Positions 49,096 through 59,938 of a DNA stretch of 64,000 bases are shown piece after piece. Both the position numbers and the translations under genes were made by a program. Positions within the stretch are counted from its first letter, which is position 1, and every line of letters starts with the position of its first letter. Below the pieces are notes generated by a model. It was given only the letters and a program-made list of their open reading frames with translations, searched no databases and was not told where the DNA came from. Location: the NCBI GenBank assembly GCA_030390025.1, contig CM059441.1, positions 24,800,001 through 24,864,000 of the forward strand. Direction: 5' to 3'. Source of the stretch: Squalus acanthias. Lineage: Eukaryota.

Positions 49096-49704
49096 TGAAA
49101 GAAAGACTAGCATTTATAATAATAGCGCCTTTCACAACTTCAGGATGTCTCGAAGCGCATTACAGCCAATTATGTACTTTCTGAAGTCTAGTCACTGCAG
49201 GAAATGCAGCAGCTCATTTGCGCACAGCACACTCCCACAAACAGCAATGCGACAATGGCCGTATCATCTGTTTTAGGTGTTGGTTGAGAGATAAATATTG
49301 GCCAGGATACCGGGGAGAACTCCCCCGCTCTTCTTCCAATAATGCCATGTGTGCTTTTAGGTCTAGCTGAGAGGGCAGATGGGGGCTCAGTTTAATATCT
49401 CATCCAAGAGACTTTAAACAAAAAAAATAATCCATGGACTGTTGTGGTGTGGGGGAGCAGGGGGAGGAAGGGGCGAAAGAGAATTGCTGGACGAAAAAAG
49501 ACCAAGGTCCATCTAGTTCACCTTCTGCCAGCCTGGTAGCTGCATGATGCAACAATAATGGAGTTGTTCACTAATCATGGCAATCAATCTCCATTAGTCT
49601 ACAACAGATCCAGACATGAGGCGAGGAAGAGGTCCAAAGACACCTGTCCCTCCCGGGCACGCTACACTCACCACACGTCATGTCTCAAATTACTCAAGAT
49701 ACAG

Positions 49705-52700
49705 TGTGGTAACACTTTTCAGCTTCCTGTATGACATCACTTCCTGTAATCAGTCCAGGATAAATACTGGACTGATCAGTTAGCTCTGGAAGAGGCATAG
49801 GGTAAGACCTCTTTTGTATGCAGCACCGTTTTAAGTTGATTAAAGCTTACATTAAGTTTACCACGCGTAAGGCTCATTCTTACGACAATTTAATCAACTT
49901 TTGAAAAACTTCGCACTCAAACTTTTTGGACGAACTCGGAGCTAAGGATCCAGGGAATCACCCATCATGGAAAACATCCTTAAACCATCGCGTCTTGACT
50001 TGGACCCAAACACCCCAGCAGCCGGTAAGGTGTGGAAACACTGGTATCGCACGTTTGAGAATTTTCTTGAGTATTGCAAAGCTGATGATAACTCAAAGTT
50101 GCGGATACTCATCAACTGTGTCACCCCGAATGTATTTCAGTATGTGGAAGACTGGGACAGTTATGAGGAGGCAATTCAGACGCTTAAGAGACTATATACT
50201 AAGACACCGAATGAGGTCTATGCTAGACATCTACTAGCTACAGCCCAACAAGGGCCGGAGGAATCCATTGATAAATTCCTCCAAGAGCTTCGCAGACTTA
50301 GTATGGACTGTAACTTTCGGGCAGCCTCAGCTGAGCTATACCGCGAAGAAATGATCCGTGATGCGTTCATCTGCGGGCTTGCCTCCCCATTTATACGCCA
50401 GCGTCTACTGGAAAGTAAGACACTTGAGCTGCAGAGAGCTTATGACCTGGCTTGCTCTCTAGATCTGGCAAAAAGAAATGCAGACCTTTTTACAGTGCCC
50501 AGACCTCGGTCTGCTGCCTTAACTACAGTCAGGCAATTTAAGAGGCCACAGGTGAACTCTATTAGGGAGGACTTTATCCCTGACGATCGATCTGATGACT
50601 TCACTGATGAAGAGGATGATGACCCCACTGTGGCAGCCTCTTGGCAATCTAAGAAATGCTTTTTTTGTGGTGATGAGTTTCACCCTCGGAGATTCTGCCC
50701 TGCTCGCAATGCGTTTTGCAGTCATTGCAACAAAAAGGGTCATTTTGTAAAGGTTTGCCTATCAAGAGCCTCTACGAGGGCTTATCAAGCTAAGTCCTAC
50801 CGAACTGCCCCAGTAAGGGCCTATCAGGATGTTCCAACTAAAAACTATCGTGCTTCCTCTCGGGTTTTTTCTCGAAGAAACACACCTAGAATTTCAGCCA
50901 CTCTTTGTGCAACGACACCAATTACAGCTGCTTGTCCTCAGAATCTATTCCATGCAGCTACAAAAGCATCAATTAATGGACATACTTTAGATGCCTTAAT
51001 TGACTCAGGTAGCACTGATAGTTTCATTAGGGAACAGACTGTTGCACAGTTAAAGCTACATGTTTTTCCATCGGACCAGGCAGTTGCGATGGCTCAGTCA
51101 TCACTTAATACCAGAATTTCTGGCTTCTGTGTAGTTGAAATAATGCTTAAAGGTCACAGGTATCCCTCCACCCGGCTTTCGGTGCTCAAGGACTTATGTA
51201 GTGATCTTATCTTAGGGCTGGATTTTCAAAAGCAGCATAAGAAGCTTACCATTGAGTTCGGCGGATCCAAACCTGAACTCACTATTTCTAATATACGACC
51301 TCGATTACCGTTCTGTGCCTTGTCAGCAGCTTCACTGGATGAACCCTCACTGTTTGCCAGTATCCCTCCTCGATGCAAACCGATTATAACAAAGTCACGC
51401 CGTTTCAGTCAGGAAGACCAGTCTTTTATTGCGGCTGAGATTTCTCGGCTTTTAGCAGAGGATATCATCGAGCCTTGTTCGTCGCCATGGCGCGCCCAGG
51501 TCGTTATTGTTAAGAACCCTCTACAACCTCACAAGAAACGGCTGTGCATTGACTATTCACAGACCATCAATCAGTATACGGACTTGGACGCATACCCATT
51601 GCCGCGCATCGATGATATGGTTAATAAATTGGCTGAGTACACGGTGTTCTCGACTTATGATCTGAAAAGCGCCTATCATCAGGTACCCTTGAAGGTCTCA
51701 GACAAGCAGTATACAGCCTTTGAAGCCAATGGGCGGCTGTATCAATTTCGTCGCCTCCCCTTTGGGGTCACTAATGGAGTGGCTGTCTTCCAGCGAGCAA
51801 TGGATGACCTGGTCAAACAGGAAGACTTGAAGGATACGTTTCCTTATCTGGACAATATTACTGTCGCAGGTCGCAATCAGCAGGAACATGACGCCAATCT
51901 CCAACGATTTTGGGATGCACTCCAGCACCGTAATTTGACATTGAATGCGGCTAAATCCATTGAGTCACAACCAACTATCAACATCCTTGGCTATTGTGTG
52001 GGCAATGGCATCATTAAACCTGACCCTGAAAGGCTTCGCCCACTCCAAGAACTCCCGCCACCTAAGAATCCGGCCTCCTTGCGCCGGGCCCTCGGCCTGT
52101 TTGCATACTATGCGAAATGGATTCCTAACTTCTCGGACCGAATCCAACCTCTACTGAAGGCCAGCACATTCCCACTAGACACAACGGCTGTTGCAGCCTT
52201 TAACCTCCTGAAAAAGCAGTTGGAGAAAGCGGCTCTTCACTCCATCGATGAGAGTCTTCCTTTCGTGGTTGAGTGTGATGCCTCGGAGGTGGCAATCTCA
52301 GCCACTCTGAATCAGGAAGGTCGTCCGGTGGCATTTTTGTCCAGGACTTTTCAAGGGGCTGAGCTACATTATCCTCCAGTCGAGAAAGAAGCTACAGCCA
52401 TCATAGAGGCAGTACGGAAGTGGAGTCATCTCCTGGCTCGCCAGCACTTTACCTTAATCACGGACCAGCGATCGGTCGCCTTCATGCTCGATAATCGAAA
52501 ACGGACCAAAATTAAAAATAATAAAATCCAGCTTTGGCGGCTGGAATTGGCCTCTTTTGGTTACACCATCCACTATCGACCTGGCAAGGAGAATGTGGCT
52601 CCGGATACCCTCACACGAGCATTCTGCTCCGCCATGGCACCCTCTACGCTCGTAGACATCCATGATGGGTTGTGTCATCCAGGCGTTACTCGCATGCTGC

Positions 52701-53787
52701 ACTTCGTGCGGTCCCGAAATCTCCCATTCTCTACCGGGGATGTAAAGAAGATGTGCTCGGACTGCAGAGTCTGTGCGGAATTGAAACCTCGGTTTTTCCG
52801 CCCCTCGGGTGGTATACTCATACATGCGACCCAGCCAATGCAAAGGCTTAGCATCGATTTTAAGGGGCCGTTGCCCTCTTCGACTCGCAACACTTATCTA
52901 TTAACAATGGTTGATGAGTATTCTCGTTTTCCGTTTGCCTTTCCCTGCCCCAATATGCTGACAACCACGGTTATCAGCTGCCTTGAACAGGTATTTGCTT
53001 TCTGTGGCATGGCATCCTATGTTCATTCAGATCGGGGCCCTTCTTTTATGTCGGGAGAACTCAAGGCCTATCTCTCGGAACGGGGTATTGCTGCCAGCAA
53101 AACGACGCCTTATCATCCGGTTGGGAATGGGCAAGTCGAGCGTTTTAACGCTATCATCTGGAATGCGGTACGTCTGGCTTTGAGATCTCGGGGCCTACCC
53201 AACCAGCATTGGGAAGCAGTACTTCCAGACGCATTACACTCCACACGGTCCCTCCTTTCGACCGCCACAAATACGACGCCTCATGAACGGTTCTTCCGAT
53301 TTCAGCGTCGCTCATCCTATGGGACATCTCTCCCGTCGTGGCTGACTGCACCGGGACCAGTGCTACTCCGAAGATATGTCCGGGCGTCTAAGAATGACCC
53401 CCTGGTAGATGAGGTTGAGCTCACTGACGTCAACCCTACCTACGCCTATATTCGGTATCCTGACGGTCGGGAATCTACCGTGTCATTGCGGGATCTGGCT
53501 CCCTGCCCGCCGAAACATAGAGGGACACCAGGGGATGATATTGTACCAGGCACATCTCTGGGCTTGCCAGGTGCCTCTCATCATGATCGGGATCTGACGC
53601 CGGCTGGTACCTCACTCCAGCGTGCCGACCTGGGGCAGACTGACTATGAGCCCGTCGGGGCTCGCACGCGCAGCCACGATCAACCCTGTACCGTACGCTC
53701 AGAAACGGATCTGCCACAGCCCTGCCCGACACCCATTCGGGTACCAGTACACAGTCAGGATCGTTCTGACCCCTCACAGAGCGGGCA
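49705..53787 (+). mobile_element. Ty3/gypsy retrotransposon (Mag-like) with a single 5' LTR, antisense in an RBBP5 intron
   Basis: LTR-like 49705-49887 (TGTGGTAA...TTACGACA), intact gag-pol, no 3' LTR, TACAG on both flanks (49700-49704 and 53788-53792). Confidence 0.88.
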
Positions 53788-53953
53788 TACAGTATCCCAA
53801 AATATTATCCCAAAACATTGCAAGACAATGTTTAACACTGCATACATGTTGAAAACCTACTTACATGGTACCGCCCCCCTCAAATGCACCACTACAACTC
53901 GGGTTACTGAAACTGCTCGCTACCATCAACAAAGTAGCTGTATGACGACATAG
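49967..53953 (+). CDS. Uninterrupted Gag-Pol polyprotein, 1328 aa (last ~55 aa read into flanking DNA)
   Basis: Two CCHC knuckles, protease LIDSGS, RT with YLDN, RNase H ECDAS, integrase HHCC plus SIDFKG/HSDRG/VERFN. Confidence 0.93.
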   Translation: MENILKPSRLDLDPNTPAAGKVWKHWYRTFENFLEYCKADDNSKLRILINCVTPNVFQYVEDWDSYEEAIQTLKRLYTKTPNEVYARHLLATAQQGPEESIDKFLQELRRLSMDCNFRAASAELYREEMIRDAFICGLASPFIRQRLLESKTLELQRAYDLACSLDLAKRNADLFTVPRPRSAALTTVRQFKRPQVNSIREDFIPDDRSDDFTDEEDDDPTVAASWQSKKCFFCGDEFHPRRFCPARNAFCSHCNKKGHFVKVCLSRASTRAYQAKSYRTAPVRAYQDVPTKNYRASSRVFSRRNTPRISATLCATTPITAACPQNLFHAATKASINGHTLDALIDSGSTDSFIREQTVAQLKLHVFPSDQAVAMAQSSLNTRISGFCVVEIMLKGHRYPSTRLSVLKDLCSDLILGLDFQKQHKKLTIEFGGSKPELTISNIRPRLPFCALSAASLDEPSLFASIPPRCKPIITKSRRFSQEDQSFIAAEISRLLAEDIIEPCSSPWRAQVVIVKNPLQPHKKRLCIDYSQTINQYTDLDAYPLPRIDDMVNKLAEYTVFSTYDLKSAYHQVPLKVSDKQYTAFEANGRLYQFRRLPFGVTNGVAVFQRAMDDLVKQEDLKDTFPYLDNITVAGRNQQEHDANLQRFWDALQHRNLTLNAAKSIESQPTINILGYCVGNGIIKPDPERLRPLQELPPPKNPASLRRALGLFAYYAKWIPNFSDRIQPLLKASTFPLDTTAVAAFNLLKKQLEKAALHSIDESLPFVVECDASEVAISATLNQEGRPVAFLSRTFQGAELHYPPVEKEATAIIEAVRKWSHLLARQHFTLITDQRSVAFMLDNRKRTKIKNNKIQLWRLELASFGYTIHYRPGKENVAPDTLTRAFCSAMAPSTLVDIHDGLCHPGVTRMLHFVRSRNLPFSTGDVKKMCSDCRVCAELKPRFFRPSGGILIHATQPMQRLSIDFKGPLPSSTRNTYLLTMVDEYSRFPFAFPCPNMLTTTVISCLEQVFAFCGMASYVHSDRGPSFMSGELKAYLSERGIAASKTTPYHPVGNGQVERFNAIIWNAVRLALRSRGLPNQHWEAVLPDALHSTRSLLSTATNTTPHERFFRFQRRSSYGTSLPSWLTAPGPVLLRRYVRASKNDPLVDEVELTDVNPTYAYIRYPDGRESTVSLRDLAPCPPKHRGTPGDDIVPGTSLGLPGASHHDRDLTPAGTSLQRADLGQTDYEPVGARTRSHDQPCTVRSETDLPQPCPTPIRVPVHSQDRSDPSQSGHTVSQNIIPKHCKTMFNTAYMLKTYLHGTAPLKCTTTTRVTETARYHQQSSCMTT

Positions 53954-54211
53954 ACTTCACTTATTGAATAACCATTTGTTCCACCCTCCCTCCACCATCA
54001 TTCCCTGTAATTTTTTTTGGCCCTGCGCGGCCATTCAAGATACCGCGCATTCACGGTTTTTACATTGAAAAGCCGGCTGCATGGGTTCCCTGGAGTGCTG
54101 TGGGGCCGCGCGGCTTACAGGGAACATTGCCCTGCCACTGCCACCGCCACCGCCCCCCCCCCCCCCCCCAACCTTCAAACCATTGAGTTATGGTGTTATT
54201 CCCAATCTCAC

Positions 54212-54317
54212 CTGTACTGCTTCAGGGGGAGGTCCATAAGGATTCTCTTCGGGATCTTCCACTTCCGGAGATATTGGGAGGTAGAGCAGGGCTTTGCAGT
54301 CTTCAAACTCTTCATCG
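54212..54317 (-). CDS. RBBP5: RBBP5 exon (SDEEFEDCKALLYLPISPEVEDPEENPYGPPPEAVQ)
   Basis: AG/GT-bounded 106 nt; recognised RBBP5 peptide. Confidence 0.93.
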
Positions 54318-55360
54318 CTGCAGTAAGACAAAGAATGCAGCACATGAAACCACGGACATCGCCCCAAGTTATTAGCTGCTGTATTCACAAGTGGAGAAAG
54401 CAGCTCTCTCCAGCTGTGCTTCCATAAGACATGCTGGAGACACAGGCTGAGCAGAATCCTGCCTTGCTTAAGGCCAGTGGAACAATCAATGGCTAATCAA
54501 TGGATCAGCGCATTCCAGTCTGAATTCAGCTGCAGATTCCTTGTCCCTAGGAAGGGTTGAAGATAAATATACACTTTTTTTTTTTTAAAACCCTCTTGAA
54601 GGCACCAATTCTTGCTGCGGTACACTATCAACGGGCAGCAGCCCTCAAGCTCCTCGCCCAAATGTTGGTAGACTACAGGACCATGGAAGGCATTAGACCA
54701 GAGACCAATCCAGTACTCAACCTCTCACTTTCCAGCAGAAGTCACTGGATAACAATCAGGAGTGAGAATTCTTGTACATTCTTCCTCTCTAGCCCAAGGT
54801 GATGAGGCCAGTTCCAATCCCCCTGTTGCCACCCTCTGATAATCTAATCTGAACCCGAGATTTTCTAATCTTAATATCTATTTCACAATGTAGTGCGTTC
54901 ACATTTGCTAGTATGGTGCATAATCACGAAGTGCACCCAGTCACAAGAGTTTAATAGTGCAATAATGACAGAACAGTACTGGAGAAGCAGTCACTTTTTT
55001 TGTGATAAAGAGTACTGTCCATAGTAAACATCCTGGAACTCCCTAACTTATAGCATTGTGGGAGTAGCTTCACCACACAGACTGCAGTGGTTCAAGTAGA
55101 AGGCTCACCACAACCTCAGGGCAACTAGGGATGGGCAATAAATGCCAGCCTTGCCAGCGACACCCACATCCAGAGAATGAATTTTTTTAAATTCTATCAA
55201 AATGTCAGGAGGGGGGAAGAGGGCAATTCAAAGTTGAAATGGAGTTTCTGGCACGCTTCCAGTGAAGTAATGCAGCAGCTCAGAGGAATTTCCTCGTCCT
55301 TGGAATCAAAGCTGACCCACTTCTCCAATAAACATCTGATATTAGGTTGCAGTTATCTAC

Positions 55361-55430
55361 CTGCTACAGAAAGCAGCGATAGGGTCCACGGATGTGACAT
55401 CAACCTCTTCATCCTCTGCCGCATCTCCAC
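55361..55430 (-). CDS. RBBP5: RBBP5 exon carrying the WDR5-binding motif (EDEEVDVTSVD)
   Basis: AG/GT-bounded 70 nt; DAAEDEEVDVTSVDPIAAFCS. Confidence 0.93.
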
Positions 55431-55997
55431 CTAAAAGTATTTCATACAGAAATAGGTCAAAAAGATTGTTTAAAAAAATCAGATGTGCGCTTTAAGTATA
55501 CATGGGGATGAGGCAGTGTAGGGAAGCACTTCATCAGTATGGTAGCACATGAAGGAAGCAGAGCCCTTAATGGCCCAAAACAGTACATAAGAACATAAGA
55601 AATAGGAGCAGGAGTAGGCCAATTGGCCCCTCGAGCCTGCTCCGCCATTCAATAAGATCATGGCTGATCTGATCCTAACCGCCAATCTACTATCACAGAA
55701 CCATCTCCTGAACCTAACAGAATTGGACACACGAAATAGGAGCAGGATCAGGCTACACGGCCCCTGGGCCCGCTACGCTACCCACAGGGCCATGACCGAT
55801 CCGAACCTAGACTCATGTCCAAATTACTGCCCGCTCCCCGTAACCCTCAATTCCCTTTACTTACTACGATCTATATTATATCTTTTATGGGCTGGCAAAA
55901 TATTAAGAACTTAAAATGGTCTTCAATGAGCTTTATTAAGAGCGTTGCTTTGTCTTTTAAGAAAGAAAATACATGAATATTTCCTAGAGGTATCTAT

Positions 55998-56738
55998 GGG
56001 GCAGAAATTCCGATCCCTACGGGTGGGTACGCGCTGTGTACTCACCCGTAGGGCCAATGGAAATGCCAGTTTCAGGATGCACTGCGCATGCGCTGGAAAC
56101 CGGCATTTCCGATCTGTCAAGAAAGCTCGACAGATCACCGCCTGCCCGGGAGCAGGGGCTCTGCGGGTGGAGAGTTCTGTTTTTTGGAGACCCTCCGTCC
56201 GCAGAACACACTTACAATTCTTGCGCCTGGTAAAAGCAGGCTTAAGGCCTGCTTTTACCAGGATAAGAGTTGAAAAACAGTTTAAAAAAATTTTTTTTTC
56301 CACTGATTTATCATTTAAAAATACTTTAAAGAAAGGTAAGTTTATTTTTAGCCCTGTTAAAAACTTTAATTACTTTTTTCAAAAAATAAATTTTTTGTTT
56401 AAAATACTTAATTTATTGTAATTTAAAGTCATTTTAAAAATGTGATTTTTTAAAAAATTTAAGTTTTACTATGTTTTGGGGGTGATCTCTATTCATATAT
56501 TTGACAGGCCTTCCTGTCAAATGTATGAAGGGAGATTCCCTTCTCTGATTGGCTCCCCATGGCCCACGTGATCCCAGGGACGCTGCGAACCGCCTGCGCC
56601 TCTGGGATACGTGGGCCCTGCGCACCGGCAGTTTGGAGAGGCCCAGCAGTGGAACTCTGAGCCCTGCGGTCCAGGCGCAGATTTTTCCAGATCGCAGCCC
56701 TCCGCCCGCGGGAGGCCTGCGAACGGAATTTCTGGGCC
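55998..56738. mobile_element. Harbinger-like MITE (related copy at ~9703-10230)
   Basis: TIRs gggcagaaattccg / cggaatttctgggccc with TAT on both sides; internal blocks shared with 9703-10230. Confidence 0.7.
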
Positions 56739-56914
56739 CTATTTCTATGGAGACTATCTAGTCCAAATTGTTTCCTGAACGGTGTTGCATATATTCATAA
56801 TTGCATTTGCAATTCCCTCATGTATTTGAGAAGTTAAATGCGTGCAAGCTGAAGACTCACATCAGACACTCAAGACTGTCCTTGAAGCCAAGTTGACAAC
56901 AAGAGCAGACAACA

Positions 56915-58230
56915 AGACTTGAGCACAACAATCTAGGCCGACACGCCCAGTGCAGTGCTGAGGGAGTGCTGCACTGTCGGAGGTGCCGCCTTTCGGATGA
57001 GACGTTAAACCAAGACCTCATCTGCCCTCTCAGGTGGACGTAAAAGATCCCATGCCACTATTTGCAAGAGGTGCAGGGGATGTCTCCCCGGTGTCCTGGC
57101 CTATATTTATCCCTCAACCAACATCACAAAAACAGGATATAGAGCTTGAATTATAACTGTACCATCGAGTGTCAAGAGATGGGATCACATGGACAACTCC
57201 TCGAATAATTGCAGTTTTTGTCTGAGCCGTGTGATCAAATTCAGAGGATATGCTAGGCACTTCCTTTCAGGATTGCATGTGCCTGGGCCAAAATCTTTAA
57301 TTGCACTTAAATTATGTCTTCACGATGTCCCAAAGTATTTCACGGCCAATGAATTACTTTTGAAATGCAGTTACTGTTATGTAGGAAAACAGCAGCCAAG
57401 TTTTGCATAGCAAGATCCCAGAAACAGTAAATGAGATGGATGACGAGTTTATCTGTTTATGACTCTTGCTTGAAGGAGGAGTGCTGGCCAAGGCACCAGG
57501 AGAGCTCCCTACTCCTCTTCAAATAGTGCCGCCTAAACAGACAGGGCCTCAAGTTTAACATCTCAACTGAAAGACAATGCAGCACTCCCCCAGTACTACA
57601 CTGAGCTGTCAGCCTAGATTACGTGCTCAAGTTCTGGAGTGCAGCTTCCACCCAAAACCTTCAGCCTCAGGGAGGTGAGAGTTCTACCAACTGAGCCAAA
57701 CAAACAGTTAAAGTTTCTCCCAAGCTCCCAAATGCAAATCAAGAAAAATTCCAAAGCAATCAAATCTTCTATCCTACATTATACATCTCTTACCCACCCA
57801 AGGGGTCAGCCTTGGCGCAGTGGGTAGCATTCTACCGCGGAGTCAGAAGGTTGTGGGCTCAAGTCCTACTCTAAAGACTTGAGGACCTTAGTGCCGTACT
57901 GAGGGAGTGCTGCACTATTGGAGGTGCCGTCTTTCGGAAGAGACGTCAAACTGAGACCTCGCCTGCTCTCGCAGGTGGACATAAGAGATCCCATGACATT
58001 ATTCAAAGAAGAGCAGGGGTGTTAGACCAATATTTATCCCTCAACCAACATCACCAAAACAGATGGTCTGCTCATTATCTCATTGCTGCTCGTGGGACCT
58101 TGCTGTGCGCAACTTGGGTGCTGTGTTTCCTACATTACAACTACACTTCAAAAGTACTCTGTTGGTTGTAAAGGGTTTTGGGAGGTACAGAGGTTGTGAA
58201 AGGCACTATATAAATGCAAGTCTTTCTTTC
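56915..58230. mobile_element. Cluster of three Deu-SINE copies (~56915-57135 +, 57310-57700 -, 57803-58230 +)
   Basis: Deu core and tRNA-head similarity. Confidence 0.75.
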
Positions 58231-58446
58231 CATGCCTCTAGACCATCTCAACCAATACTACATTCAACTTCATATTAACTTACGAGCAATTTGCTCAAGA
58301 ACAACATTAGCAGAGATCTGGAAGCAGCTACTCCTGGATACTGTACTAGTAAAGCAGACAAACAGCATTACCAGGCTCTCAGCTGGACCAGCAGTGCGGT
58401 CAGTAACACCCACACACCAAAACTAAAATAGACGGGCATTTCTTAC

Positions 58447-58564
58447 CAGTCTGCTCTGGCTCGCTCTTATCTTCATCTTCAATATCAAACTCAGATTCTC
58501 TCTCTTCATATTCAACATTCTCGTCTAACTCTTTGAAGTCTGGAGCAAATGCACTCCAGTTTTC
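58447..58564 (-). CDS. RBBP5: RBBP5 exon (activation segment/ASH2L-binding motif, [27 protein letters not shown])
   Basis: AG/GT-bounded 118 nt; highly conserved RBBP5/Swd1 motif. Confidence 0.96.
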
Positions 58565-58943
58565 CTAAGAGAGAAGCAACCACATTAGTCAAACAAGGCT
58601 CCACTTGGAATACCGAACTCCTGAATACTGAAATGAAGGCTTATTTGCTTGGGAGCGTAAAGGAAGATTGACATCTGTATCTGGGAAAAATAGGAGGGAG
58701 GGAGTTCAACTTCATAGTTGGGCATGCTAGTCTTTTAATTGTGGGATAGATTCACCCCATTGCCCATTCAAACCATTTTCACTGGTCACCAGTGTAGGAC
58801 AGTCTAGTCCTGCAGACAGCTCCCAAACACAGGCCAGACTGTCAGTCCTTAATCAGCCTGCCAGCAGACACATGCTTTAGTTGGAAGCAAAGAATCTCTC
58901 TCCTCACTCCTTTTACACCTTCAACTGGGACTAAGAATGCAGG

Positions 58944-59156
58944 ATCAAAATACTGCAGATGCTGGAAATCTGAAATAGAAACAGAAAATGCTGGAAATAC
59001 TCAGCAGGTCAGGCAGCATCTGTGGAGAGAGAGAAAGAGAGTTAACGTTTCAGGTTGATGAGTTCTGACGAAAGGTCATTGACCTGAAACGTTAACTGTT
59101 TCTCTCTCCACAGATGCTGCCTGACTTGCTTAGTATTTCCAGTATTTTCTGTTTCT
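58944..59156. mobile_element. Fold-back (inverted) Penelope terminal insertion in an RBBP5 intron
   Basis: Imperfect inverted arms; intact hammerhead core on + at ~59061-59097; 14-bp TSD actaagaatgcagg. Confidence 0.85.
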
Positions 59157-59866
59157 ACTAAGAATGCAGGGGTTCCCCACCAGGGGAGCCTATAGTTTAT
59201 AGCTACTGGCTCACCCATTTCCTCTCCCCAGCCCCTAATCTCAGTCAGGATTGTCGAGGGAAACAGTGAACAGATGGGAAGGCCGTAGAGTTAGAAATTT
59301 ATCCAATTGTAAAATTGATCTTCGACGTTCCTCACTGGGAAGGAATAAAACAAGAATCAGAGGCTATGACATCCCCAACAAGCCACTTTCAGACACTCCC
59401 TAGTGGCTGGAATTGGCTGCAGCCTGAGATTTGGTTATTTTCCTGGCCAATCAGCCAAAGAATGATGCATGCCAGAGTGAGCCAACAAGGGGCCTGGTGG
59501 AACAACTTATTTTTATATATAAACTTAAATAATTGGCACAATTGCTTTTTAATCGCTCCCCCCTCTGCTGAAAACACTGACTCATGCTAGGGTTCCGCAG
59601 CCACGAGGCATCCTCTCGTACCTCACTCCGATGGCCATTCCAGGCATGGGAGTCCAGACACCAAGTGTGGGCGGGTCATTCAACTAGAGCGTGCTGCACA
59701 GTTGCGTACAATCCACTCTTCACCCGACACGTGCACACTTTCAAGCATGGGTCAGCGGTCAGGAACGGGAACCCCTGAGCTGTGGCTGTCATCTGGCAAT
59801 AGTCATTTGGATGGATCACCCTACAGATCCTTGCTCTAAGAAGCTAAGGTTATCCCCGGCACTTAC

Positions 59867-59938
59867 CACTTGATTCTGAGCCCAAATGGACACGACCCCA
59901 CTGGATATCGAAGCTATGATCGGTCGGACAGGGTGCCA
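59867..59938 (-). CDS. RBBP5: RBBP5 exon (WHPVRPIIASISSGVVSIWAQNQV)
   Basis: AG/GT-bounded 72 nt; WD40 blade. Confidence 0.95.

Noticed and set aside
53788-54140. Possible 3' LTR of the second gypsy element
   Set aside because: No similarity to 49705-49887; the region holds host sequence and a short repeat also seen at ~1-105 and 5334-5503.
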